Below, in pieces: positions 1 through 36,600 of a DNA stretch of 64,000 bases. The number at the start of each line of letters is the position of its first letter. The first letter of the stretch is position 1. Both the position numbers and the translations under genes were made by a program. Below the pieces are notes generated by a model. That model did not search any database, was not told the origin of the DNA, and worked only from the letters and a program-made list of their open reading frames with translations. Origin of the DNA: Phoronis australis (Eukaryota; Animalia; Phoronida); assembly GCA_002633005.1 (NCBI GenBank), contig NMRA01000654.1, positions 161,979-225,978 on the forward strand. The letters are read 5' to 3'.

Positions 1-22
1 TTGTGTTCGCTATGATATTCAC

Positions 23-88
23 GTGCTGGTCTAAATGTGTTCGTAAATGCGATCTGTGCTGGTCTAAATGTGTTGGTAAATGCGATCT
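23..88. repeat. 33-bp tandem duplication (2 copies)
   Basis: gtgctggtctaaatgtgtt(c/g)gtaaatgcgatct x2. Confidence 0.9.
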
Positions 89-212
89 GATTGGATTTTT
101 GAGCGTGGAAAACATTGGAAAGAAACGATGTTCAAACTACGTTGCACTATTGATGGATATTGTTTATTTCCCGAAATAGTGCCATTAGTTATGAATTTCT
201 TGTGTTTTGCAG

Positions 213-23471
<23,259 letters not shown>

Positions 23472-26045
23472 ACTCATGTCAACTGGAATTTGGTTTAGGG
23501 GTATAGAATTTTCAAAATGTTGAATTTCTGAATGATCTCGCCAGTCTTTAGTGGACAATTTACACAGCAGCATTGTTTCTGCGTCAGTTAATTAATCCGT
23601 TCTTGTCAACATTAAATATAAGCTTGAATTTTGAAAACCTTTCTTATACAAAATCACCAGGTGTGACGTCACTAACCTTTTTAAGATCATAATCATTCAG
23701 ATTTTTATTGCGTGAAACACGTTTGCATTTTGGATATTCAGTTGTATTCTGTACGATATCAGCAGGGATTGTGTAATACTTGATCAGTTTGGACATCTTG
23801 AAGTGTGTGTACTACCAGTTATCCATTTTATATTGCACAGTGATCTTTGCACTAAAGCACATCTGGGCTGACATCTGAAGCAGACATCTGGAATGAATCT
23901 TGGTCTAAGAATTCGCTCACAAGACAAGAGTCACCAGGTGACAATCTGTAACCATTCAATTTTCAAGTGGAACAAAAGACTATTATTCATCGAACATACA
24001 TTTTGAGAATGGGATCGGCAGCGACAATCTGCTAGAGGAATCATTTTTTTGCTTTTGCTAGTTATTTGACAAGCAAATATACGAAGTCTGGACTCTCAGT
24101 GCCTGCTTATATTGTCATATTAATTTCGCTTACTGCAAGGTATGCAGCAATACATCCTAAAGTCCTGAATTTGACAAATCCTTGACATTTACTCATCATC
24201 CACGTATATGGTGGCCTGAGCTGTAAGTCTTGGGGCCCTGACTGTTATCCAAAATACTCCCAAGTGACACCTAGTGGAATGGCACTGAAATCACAAAAAT
24301 CAACAATATGGAACACAACCCTGCTCTACAGGTTAAAGCTTCAGATGTCAGCACCGGTCTTGATTGGTTGTCTTCTTTTTGAGTTGATTGATTGACTATT
24401 GTATCGCCACGTGAGAAACGAAGCAAGTTTGAGAATAGTAGGTGATTTTCATTGTATGAGTGTATTTGTGTGTTGATAGTAAGACATCTGTGAATTGGAA
24501 TCAGGCTCTTGGTTTATAGATTGATTAATTTTGTCTTTATTGTGTACTGATCGTCGTTATTGTTGTTTTGATTAAACAAAAGTTGAACTTAGCAGTGCAA
24601 ACATTGTCAGTTAAGTGTTCTATTTTTGTATTTACAGTCTACAGTGTATTGTTTTGTGCCAGTGGACCATTTTCATGCAATGCCTCCTGTTGTTCTTCCT
24701 TGCTAGTAACAACCTTGTTTGTCTCTGGGTCGTGTCACCTGGTTGCAAAAAGGTTTGTTACTGGTGAGGCAAATAATAGCATTTGACCAACAAAGGGCAT
24801 ACAAGAAAATGGTTTATTATTTTAGAATAAGCCTGGAGACCATTTAACATAGATTTTAAACCATTGCACAAAGGCTTGAACGTAAGCCTTTTCGCTATTT
24901 ATTTTTGTGTGTTAAGCACACAGGCAGGTATTCATTGAAGGGTTTTACCTTTTCCGTATTAAAAATCTGTGTGTTTAAAAAAATTGCAACGTCTATTTGT
25001 GGACAAATGAACCAATATCGTTGCGCTGTCTACGGTCGTATAATTCCGGTAGGGGTTGTCATTTTTGTGTGATAGTGGATTACATACTTCCTCTTGGTCT
25101 GGATGGAAATTTTAAGATTGGTTGCCTGAGCCATTATAGAACAACAAATACGCAGCAAGGTTCATGGCTGCAAATGTGGACATACACATGAATAGCCATT
25201 TTAACTGGTGCAGTAACTCAATTCCTGCATGAAACCCAATGTGAGGTTTGATATTCATTGGATGGTACATAGTGAAGAGAGTCTTTCAATTTCTGAACAG
25301 ATCAAGGGTGGAAAGTTATGGGGGCTTAATAGTTCCACGTAAATAGCGTGCATTGGTGAATGTAACACCGCTCATTCACTAACGCCACCTAGTAAAGTTT
25401 GAGGTTGTCATTTTTACTTGGAAGGCCATTACTCAGTAACCCTGTTTTTCTGGTATTTGAAAACACAAAACTCACAGAAACCTTGGCTTACAATGTCAAG
25501 GGAACGTGGTTATCTTTGCCGTAAAGCTCATGTAATACTGTACATAACATTGCTTTTTGACTGGCTAGGTAACCATTGTGAACATTTGTATTAAGGTGCT
25601 AGCTAATTTTCACTGAAATGAGAAGTTTCGCTACTGCTACAATTTTATCTTCAGAAACACAAATTTTAAGAAACACAGGGTTTGTAGAAGTATCCCACAT
25701 GTTCCTTCTCTTGGTGAGAACTTGTCGCTGAATGACGCCTTTTCCTGTATTTACCACGTCTACTGTAACAAGTTAGGAAATAATCTAATACATGGACCTA
25801 TAACTCTTGTGCCACACACCTTCAGTTCACCATGGTAACTGGACTCCATGGACACTCGACCTATAGGTAGATACTCCGCTTTGACCTACAAGTGCTATAT
25901 CTTACACTTGATTGGCCAGAATAGTTACGGACCCAGGCAGTGGATTGTTGTTCCATTTTGTATACACTTGTATATATTGTGTGGATGAGTGTAGATATTT
26001 CTTGCACATAGTTGTGGAAACTTGTACAGACGTTAAAGTGTTTAT

Positions 26046-26051
26046 AATAAA
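26046..26051 (+). terminator. Candidate poly(A) signal of TLE (implies ~2.6 kb 3'UTR)
   Basis: AATAAA preceded by TGTA-rich sequence and followed by a T/GT-rich tract at ~26069-26110. Confidence 0.55.
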
Positions 26052-26653
26052 AAAAACTGTTCAAATGATGTTTTTCCTCTTTAACGTTGCTCTTGTGTTG
26101 TTCAGTTTGTCAGCATATGCACGCTGACGTGATTCCACAAATGTAATGGAATATGTCCGACAAATATTGGCCAAAAAATGAATGCAAAAAGCCAGCGATG
26201 CTTCCTTGGGAACTTTAGGCACTATGAACTGGGAACGCACTTTGGGATTTTTAGAATTGCCTTTTTAACAAAGCTCTTTTTCCCAGCAGTCTATCGGAAG
26301 AGCAAAAAATGAGAACAATCATCTTTTTCATCAGCTCTTCATCTTGACACTATCAGGTTTAAGCATAAAGACACGTGATCCCATGCAGGAATTTTGACCC
26401 TCATGAGTAACAGCGGATACTGTGATGTATCAAGATGAACATATTTGGCAAGTAACTACCATGAAATTGAGTAAAACCAAGTCTTTGAAATTGTCACGCA
26501 ACTTCTTTCAATGTTCATATTATGCACAAATTAGAGGCTGGAATCGTAACTGACAGCATGCAATTTTCCGGCCTTATCGTTTCACTAACTCCACCTAGTG
26601 AGTCGCCAAGCTCATTATTACAACACTGAATGTATGCAACTTAAAAAGATATA

Positions 26654-26659
26654 TTTATT
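26654..26659 (-). terminator. Candidate poly(A) signal of TENT2/GLD-2 (implies ~3.9 kb 3'UTR)
   Basis: AATAAA on the minus strand (tttatt on +), near the switch in base skew between the two convergent 3' regions. Confidence 0.4.
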
Positions 26660-29600
26660 TTTCAAACTTCAAAACACTTAAATACAAGGTGTTCACTACA
26701 ACAGATGTCACCACTGACAATTACAGGCAGTGATGAAAACTAATACCGGGAACTGCTACACAAATTAAAATATCTAAGTAGACACAGCCTTGAACAATTT
26801 CCATCTTAAGCAGAGATCGAATTGGGACAACAAATTATACATCACGGTCTATGACTGAGTCCGCTCATGTTACCTGGCAAAAGGGTTGAAATCATACTTT
26901 TATTTAAAACCACTTCCCACTAACTAGTAGCCCCATCTAGAGTACAGCAACAGAACCAACCTATTCTCATTTGACTGACAGCAGTATAATTGCTTTTGGT
27001 GCATAAAATGACAGCCTGTGAATGACGAGTCACTGGGTTAAAGCTGCAAATTCACCCTGTTCATCTTTCTAAAAAATAGGACCATTTACTCTCATAAAGA
27101 GGTCTAATTGTAATATTCCTTTCAGTGATAGGATTCCGTTTCTGTTGCCGACAAGAACATAGAAACCACCATTGACTTAGGAAATGGCTCAGTTTCTTAG
27201 GATTGGCCAACCCTAAAACTGCAAATTTGAAAACAATGGATGCATACAATGACCCTGACTTAAGATAGTAAAGAAATAAAAACCCATCATGACAATGACG
27301 ATTTTACAAGAGTAAAGGTCGAAACTAGATTTCATACATTGGTCTGCTAAACTTGGGGGAACGCAGCTTTGAAACTTTCTGCAACAACAAATGCTTGGTC
27401 GTCCGTAAGCCAAGATATACCGGTAAGTTTTTAACTGAATAAGACGCAAGTCGGGAACAATTTATAGCAGCGACTGGTCTTATACAAAATGTATTTTCAA
27501 CAAAAATTGGAAGGGAAAATTATTCAGTTGGGAAGTTTTGACAAACTTGGGACACTGCAATTTAAGCGGAAAATGAATTTTCTTGATTCTAAAGATTACG
27601 ACATAGGTTATCTTGGAATTCAACATATTTCCTTAAATACTGGACACTTAGTTTTGTCTGATAACTTTACTGACTAGTGACATGTAACTAAGTATAACTA
27701 CAGAAGTTCAGACAACTCAGTGTCCAGTTTTTCTCTTAATTTTTGAAAATGGGATGGCCAATATGACCTATTTCTAAAATTTGGCACAAGCTTTATCAAT
27801 AATTTTTCACACTCCCAAACTAGAGAATGTTTATCGTAAGTAATGAGACAACTCCATTTTCTATATTCCATAACTAATAACTTCAGCTAATGTGCTACAG
27901 TAAATATTCAGTGACTTCACAATGGGAATAAATAGCTCGTACAGCAAGAACACACTCCACAGTAATTTTACCCAACCACGTTGCGACATTTATTATGTCC
28001 TTAAATGGAACAATACACCAAGCCCTTTATGCATCAGAATCCCTAATAACACCAGCTGTATACTAGGAATATGAGATCAGTAACAAAAATCGGCTTCTAA
28101 ATTATTTCATGTAACCAATTTGACAATCACTTCAAGTGAACCACTATACGATCATTTCATGCGAACAACTTGTCAATCTAAATCGAAACTGAATTTGCTC
28201 ACGTCTCGTTTTTGTGACGTTGGCATCACGTTCACATGAACCACGATTTAGCATCTTTAACAAGAGGCATGCGGTAATTCTTCACATACAATATGACCAA
28301 CAAGTCCAATCCTATATTGTAAAATTTCCCCAAAAAAGTAAAGCGCAATTTTAGTCTATTACAATCAAGGTTTGCAATGCGTAGATGTCATAAACAACAT
28401 CTGCATCATTTACAAAATGGTAATCAGCCACTGAAAAAAGGAAAAATTTGTAAATTAATTCTGTGTAAAATACGTGGGGAATCACCATACAACACTAACA
28501 GCTAAGACAAAATCAAAATGGCCAACTACAAACTAGATTTAATTTACTGCAATGAAATTTCCTTCAGAATTAGTCAATAAATTCTCTTCATACTTCGTCA
28601 GAATCAAGCAAAAATAAGTTGTTGCAGGAAAAACCCTCAAAAACGTTATCCTACAAAAGCAGACGGCTTTAAAGCTGGGTGATAAATCAGGCAATTAACA
28701 ACTCTCTCTTTTGAAATCCATGTTGCCCCTTTCCAATTCAGTATGGGTCTCCATACACCTCCATTTTGGTAGATGTGAATTCACATCGAGCTGATGATAA
28801 ATGATCATCATTGATAGCACCATTCATGGAAATCCTTTTTTGATCATTTATCATTGATAAACATTGTATGAATTACAACATCAACCATTCACATGAATTC
28901 GTATCACCCATTCACAACCTATCACGTCACTCATATGAATTCAAACAAATGGTTGATATAAAATGAGTATAAAAAACGTTATGATAAATTATGATAAAAT
29001 AAATTGCCTCAAAAACACAAGCATTTAAAGAACACATTACAATGAAGCCCCAAACCAATATCTGCATGACATTACCCAGTCCATAGCAACATTACCCAGT
29101 CAGTTAAAAAACGTCATACTTCTAACCAAAAATCATCAGAATAGGTCAAAAAAAAGCAAAGTTTTTTTCGGTCACTACAGCGACTCATATTATGGCCTGT
29201 GCTCACCCCACTAAAAAATAACGCCCGTTCGTATCAAATTGAGCAAAATGCAAGTAAGCAGGGGTAAGCAAGGTCTGAAATGCCAAGCGATAAGTAAAGA
29301 ATCCCAAGTCATTTTTGCTCATTTGAGGTGGATTTTCTTTTTGAAAAAGTGAGCAACTAAAAATACTGCACCACCGACTCCATTTTCAAAAAAAAGACTT
29401 GAACCAACTATGCTTTTTGGCCTTATCAGCATTTCGTTGTGGCTTGTCAACAGGAGAGGGGTGACATTAGAATCAGCCTGAGTCAATAAATTGCAGACAC
29501 ACTGATCTGGCTGGAATATTGTAGACTCCTGTGAACCCTTACTTGGAGGTTTGTACTTGAGTTGTTCAATGCAATGAACACAACTCAAATGGTTTGATGG

Positions 29601-30533
29601 CATAAGGGTGATCGCTCAATTTCACACAGAAAAGGCTGTCAAAACAGCAATTTTCCACTTTATCAAAGACTTGCTTTATTGTAAAAAATACACAAAAATG
29701 CCAGTTTTGTTCATTTAAGATCAAGCTAAGGATGACGTCAAGGTTATTTCAATGTTATCTCAATGTTTATTTCTGAGAAGAAATTTGACAAAACGAAGTT
29801 CCACATGTCTGTTATCTTCTGTGTTGTAAATTGCAGAGTACTTACATTTTGAACTGGACACCAACACCAAGATTATCAAAACGAGTTCAAAAAAGACTCT
29901 GTCAATTACAAGATAATGTGCATACAACACAGGTCTACTATTACCTTGGGACATGCGAATTTCAATGGTACATTTTTTTTCAAGGTCTGAAATAAATCGG
30001 GTTAATATTAACATTTCCAGTTTTCCACCATTTTACTACATACAAGAATCACAGGCGGTATTTCTGGAAAATTTGGCAATCACATACTTTTATTTTTGTT
30101 TGAATTTGCAGGTTTATAGATCCCAAAATCACAAATAATCCTAGTTTAATTCTTGCAGTGCAGGAAACCATCACAAAACTTAAGTTAAATTTCCTGTCAA
30201 CCCTCAGGTTACACTCCGTAGTACTATGGCAGACCTTCAAAACAAGCAGGCAAAATATCTCAAAAAATCTGGAGAAAATTCGTTCTGGATCCTTTTCGTT
30301 TTTACCAATTATCTTCCGATATTCATTTCTCTCATGCAGCGTCCACACAGCATTCACCACCAGCACCAGTTCACTCAGTTTCTTCAACTCCTGATTTCCA
30401 AATAGTCCAACCTTTAAATAACGTTTGACTGGATTTCCTCTGACACGCCTTTTTTCCTAATTATTGCAAAGACCACGATGAAACCATAACACTTTGATGA
30501 TGCAGTTGCTTTCTTCAAACTTAGCTGCTGCAC

Positions 30534-30673
30534 TTAGAATGGGACTGCCATAATTTTATAAGCATCCTTTGAGCTCTTCAAAGTCCTGTAACTTCGGGAG
30601 ATCACTGCACGCACGTGCTGAAACGTTGGTCCGTCAAAAACCGACCGTGCTGTGTTGGACTGATCAAACGGTT
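30534..30673 (-). CDS. TENT2: TENT2 last coding exon
   Basis: EPFDQSNTARSVFDGPTFQHVRAVISRSYRTLKSSKDAYKIMAVPF-TAA. Confidence 0.92.
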
Positions 30674-33600
30674 CTGAAATAAAAACTTGTTATGAGGTCA
30701 CACAATCACCAAATATGATTTAGACCCACCAATGTAACAACATTTGTCTCAAGTTGTTCCTTACAGAAATCAACAGCAGCAACACAAACTGTGCACAGTG
30801 CACCATAAATGGTATGTTTCTAGGGTGCTGATCAGTTACATGTACGGTACAAGGAGACAACAATTCGACCACAAGGGGGAGCTGCAACAGTCAAAATTAA
30901 CAAAAATGTGTTAGTACATCTTCTTTTAAAACTAATTTCTGTGTCAAGTTTCATAGTCAATCAGTTCTCAAAATATCATCTGGGGCACTGCAGTGGTCAA
31001 ATGTACCCGGAAATTGATTGGCCTTGGCACGTTGTCATCACGCACTTCTATATAAAGTTTCATTTAAATCCATGGATTGGTTCTCAAGATATCATCTGGA
31101 AATGCACCCCCACCCCCCAAGAAAGCACTAAAAAGCCTATACTGAAAAGTGGCATGCACAGGGATATACCTTAACTAAAACTGGCTACTTGCCAACTGGG
31201 ACACTAGATTTCAATTCTTAGGTGCCCAGATTTTTTTAGGATATTTACGATAACAACATGAACCAATAAGACTATGAACAAGAGGAGTCGGCCCTCAAAT
31301 CTAGGCATGTATCTCGATCGATGATCGTACTTAAAACTATATAATACTACATCAGACACATTAGTCCCAAATTACCTTCAATACATAAGTACTTCCACTG
31401 GTTAGGGTTGTAGGTGTGGCTGTCTCGGGACATATTGATCAGTGCCTGAATAGGAACCTTTTTACCCAGCCGTATGGAGATAGCCTGTGTTTCAAACCTG
31501 CAGACAGATAAAAGACAAAGTCTCAAATCACAAGGGCGCGACTCCGTGTTCAAAACGGACAGGAATTTGGACTTAGACTACAATTATGTTCAAATGTGTT
31601 AATACCAAATGCCACTCAATTGTGAATAAATGCTTATGAGATCACGCACGACGCCCATTTCCTTCCTAAGTCCAGAACTTGTTTTAACTATCAGATTATG
31701 GGTAAGTATTATCAGACTCAAAAGTAGTGGCATCCTGGGGTCAATATTTAGCAGAGGTTAGAATTTAATTATACAAAGTAAATTTTTAACAGCTATGGTC
31801 ATTATTGAGTAACCATATTTAACGAATCAGATATACTGTCAGACATGAGAATTTTGTATTTAACTTGTCGTAACACGTAAAGCTCCATTTTGCCTGGTTC
31901 AGCTCGCTAAAAATGACAATTAAATGACATCTTTTACTACTTATAAAACCGGTCTCATTCCTTTCAGTAATAAGATTCTATATCCGTTACCAACAAGAAT
32001 GTGTCAATCACTCAAGAAAATGCTTGAGAGATTATTGAAGTTGGCCAACCCTAAAATTGTGAATTCAAAAATGACGCATGTACACATTGCTTGTGACTGT
32101 GTTGGTAACTGAAATGGAATCCTGTCACTAGACTTGTTTTCATGAGTAAAAGGCATAATTCGCTTCTCGTTTTCAGCCAGATAAACAGGGCACAATGCAA
32201 CTTTTAAGTATAATAATGTCCTATAACATTAACTATCAGGATGCTAAAAGTTCTCACTTGAAGTCTTCAGCGTAATACTTTAAAAATCCTAGAAACAGTT
32301 CGCCGAGGGATTGCTTGTTGAGCGAGTTGTACGGAGGAACATCTTCGTCGAGTCGCAAGGTCCTCACGTCTGATGTGGGGCTGAACTTTGCCTGGAATTG
32401 AACCATGAACAAATGAAATAGGCATCTTAAAAATGAGCAGCACTCTATTGAGTAAAAAAAAATTGACTTCCAACATAAGTAGTGATCTTCTTATGTTGAG
32501 CCAACTGATTACACACATTGAAATTACGACAAAATTATTCAAGTTACTAAAAACCACATTGAGATCACAAGAACATCAAAGGCACATTTGCTCTTCCAAA
32601 GCGACCGCAACACATTCTTACCCTCAGTTCAAACTGAACGTGGTTACAATAAGTCTCCTGACCACACACCTTCACAATTGAAACAAAGCTACAGTGATAA
32701 GTAACTTAATGAGTCAGGGTTGGGATGCAGAAAACTTTAAAACACATCCGGATAAGTTTGAATGTTGCATGACGTCACGTACATTAGTCCGCAATATCAA
32801 CGTGATGCGTGATAATGCGACGTCGTCCAGTGTATTACTTTTACGTAACCAGGACCTAGTGTGCAGCACCAATGATACACCAGGACCTAGTGTGCAGCAA
32901 TAATGACCCACCAGGACCTAGTGTGCAGAAATAATGATCCACCAGGACCTAGTGTGCAGCAATAATGATCCACCAGGACCTAGTGTGCAGCAATAACAAT
33001 CTACCAGGACCTAGTGTGCAGCAACAATGATCTACCAATTCTTCCTATGCCTAGAAATCCTTTCCAATCTCAATAAGGCACAAGACTAATTTTATAACAG
33101 TAAGAGGCCTTAATGAAAACTTGAGTTTTGATAGAATGAGCGGGTTTATCGTCCCTGTAACACAGGTGTGTCACAATCCACACAATTCACCACATAAGAA
33201 CTTAATTCATGACAGAAACAATATATTAGAAAGCCGGCACAGTTATCAGGCACATATCAATTGGTCAGGCCCTCACTACATGGGTTACAACTGAGGACCA
33301 CACTAGGTTAGCAAGGGAACAGGACTGTCTACCCTGCCATCACAGGCAACACTCACCGGAAATTTTATCTGTAGACTTGGTAGAACAGGCTGCTCACAAC
33401 CAACTGCAAAAGAAATCCGAGTGAACATTGAGAAATGAGTCAGTGTTGCATACTACTTGGGTGGGGTACAGCTCTTAAGAGGTGTTCCAAGTGGAATGTG
33501 CAGCTCTCATTCTGTGTTTGTGTGGAAAATTGCATGTGGAGTATACTTAAGCATGTAATACATTATTGAGCAGTTGTAAGACACATGGACATCATGTTGA

Positions 33601-36600
33601 ATATCCATTATACTCTAACATGTAACATACTATTAAGAGGTAGCCAGAACCATGGATTTCACGGTGCTTACCTAACAGGATGGGCAAGTTATGGTGGCGC
33701 AAATGGATCCTTGCAGATAGGTTAAAACAAAATGTAAGCTCCCACCCGAAATTTAAAGCATTTTTTGTAGACAGTGCCTTCCATTTTTAGGACTACCGCT
33801 TTATTGACTAGACAGGTTTGATAAAATCTAAAGCACATGTGACTTCTTCAAGATACGGACAATCCACAACTAAATAGGTCACCAGTTTAAACCGTATTTC
33901 AAAGGTTACTTCTCTGTATTGAAATAGCTTACACTGTAGATAGTGAATGACCATGAGGTTACTTCTCTGTATTGAAATAGCTTACACTGTAGATAGTGAA
34001 TGACCATGAGGTTACTTCTCTGTATTGAAATAGCTTACACTGTAGATAGTGAATGACCATGAGGACCAAAGAGTAGCTGGAGATGGTGCAGCGGCTCGCA
34101 TCATTGATGTTATGGAACTTGGCCCAGCACTTGACATACAACACCAGGGGGCGCACACGCCAGTCAGCTACAATAAATGAGCAGCAACATGGTGATGAAC
34201 AATGAACGTTTCAATCATAAATTAGAACAGGCATAGCACACAAAAACAACCATTCCGATTCCAAGCCAAATCTCCAATACGCCAAACTGCTATCTGGACT
34301 ATCACATAGTGCAAACCAAAATATTGTTTCCATTTCCTCTGTCAAGCTTTATCATTCCGGCTACTCTGAAGGTGACCATTTCTTGCATTCAGTTGTCTTG
34401 ACAGGAAACTTTGTAATGGTCAGATATAACGTGCCCGCATGTTGAGAACCAGTTTTTCTTCACTGGGCGTCAAAGTCTTTCTCAAAATGCAAACATGTTA
34501 AATGTGACTATTGCTGGTAACTCTCTCTGTACACAGATGTAACAAAAAACAATTTCATGTTATTTCATCGCATTATTTATGCTGTATAATGTACTGTATT
34601 GTTCTCATCCAGACTAACACTCAGGTTAAGACAATGTTCAGAGTTTCAAAATTCTCCCTTAATTGCCCACATTCTACACCTATCCTCCAATTCATAAGTG
34701 GGACTAACAATTCCATTCGAGACCACGATTTCTGGAATTTTCACGTGCAATGAACTTTAGTTCCCAAAACACACAGACTTCATTTTACAGTCAAGAGATC
34801 ATCAAACAATGCTTTGTCTATACTTCACCATTGTTTTCAAAACTTCTCCATATAAAACTATCTATATGTGAACTGGTCAGTTACATAAGCACCCACTCAC
34901 AAGTTTATAATTCAAATGACACGGCTGTTAAGTCAAGATGAAGACAACACTATACTTAAGTACCCTTAAACTTACAAATCAGGTGAAATAGGTACACCAG
35001 TACAGCTAAACAGATTCAGTAGAACTATTCTATTCTCTTCACATGACGGATATCAGTTTTTTACATTTTTTTCGTGCCATCTGCACATTGATTATCCTTA
35101 ATTTACTGTTCTTTACTTTTATCACAGGCTTAGTGGTCTAATGCATGTTTTTCTTAGTACCAGTATATTGTATTGTATTATATTGTATTTTATTATTTTG
35201 TGGACCGTCGTCGTTAAATCAATCAATCGATCAATCAATCAATGAGTTAAGCGCAGCCAGGACACCAGCATAAAGTCCTAACAGCCACAAGGTGTCACTG
35301 ACATAAAGTCCAAACGGCCAATAGGTGTCACTGACATAAAGTCCAAACGGCCACAAGGTGTTACTGACATAAAGTCCAAACGGCCACAAGGTGTCACTGA
35401 CATAAAGTCCAAACGGCCACAAGGTGTCACTGACATAAAGTCTAAACAGCCAATAGGTGTCACTGACATAAAGTCCAAATGGCCACAAGAGGTCATACCT
35501 TTTGCATAGAATGCCAGCAAATGTGTGTTCCTTATGCCCACAAGATTATTTATGTTGATATCACACTCGATGCCACTGAAATGGACAGAAAAGTTTCCAA
35601 TAAAGATAGAATGCAACCATAGTGACAGCAAATACCACGACAGAGAAAGTTTGATGACAATCTGTTGTTTTAATCACTCGGTTTTGCAAGGTATCCATGC
35701 AGTGACCTCAAGGTGACCCTTGAATGACGAAGTTCACACCTGGGATGAAGTGAATATTAAGGTAAAGGGACATTTTTGTTTTTACCAACAAATATGCATT
35801 TTTGGGATTATTATTAGATAGGATAGACTTTTTGGAATTATAACCTGTGAACAGATATACAAAACAATGAAATCGTTTTGTTTTTGTCATTTTATTACAA
35901 ATCGCAAATTCTCGTCGTTGTCTGCCAGCCATTTGCTGAAATCGAGGCTGGTGACTTTACCACATAAATATGCTTAAGATACTCTGCCGCTAAACAAGAA
36001 GTGTGATTTAGCTCAGCCAGCAGAGTTTGACTGATTCGATGTCATGCTGGGATGATCTAAGGAAATGATTTTTCTCACCACTTAAACGTCACTTTAAATG
36101 ACAATCATATACTTGTTTGTACTAATGACATTGATAATATATACAGATAATGTTAATGCTTTTGGTATTAGTGGTGAGTTAATAATTGCATTACAGCCTA
36201 TTACTGTTAAGTCCAAGGTACTTCAAACAAACACGACCACTCATCTTGACAAAACAAAAGTCCCATACAGGTGTGTTGCAGCTGATGAAAATGACAGACC
36301 ACACTATGAACTCGCCATACCTGACATTGTCCATGAACTTGAGTATAGGAACTTTAGCCTTGATCAGCTGACAATGTTTGATGAACGCTGCAGGAAGACA
36401 AAAACAGTCGATTTTATGTTCAATCTAAAATGAGAAATTGACAATACCTAGGGTAAAAATTCGCGACCAAAATACTTTCCTCGAGACTCGACCCGACAAT
36501 TGACAAATCGCGTGCCAATCTTCCAGTAATTTTTTCAAATGTCATGCTACACAACTGGTCAATTTTCAAGCCAAGTCTCCAGTTAACTTTGTTGGTGATT

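Noticed and set aside
30049-30394. Overlapping ORFs downstream of the TENT2 stop
   Set aside because: No recognisable domain or splice support; they lie in the predicted 3'UTR.
32848-33037. 31-bp and 33-bp (35258-35488) repeat arrays as CRISPR arrays
   Set aside because: Head-to-tail units without unique spacers, no cas genes, eukaryotic introns: these are minisatellites.
35231-35631. Repetitive ORFs (WPFGLYVSDT / CGRLDFMSVTP repeats)
   Set aside because: Translations of the 33-bp minisatellite; only 35499-35575 is a real exon.
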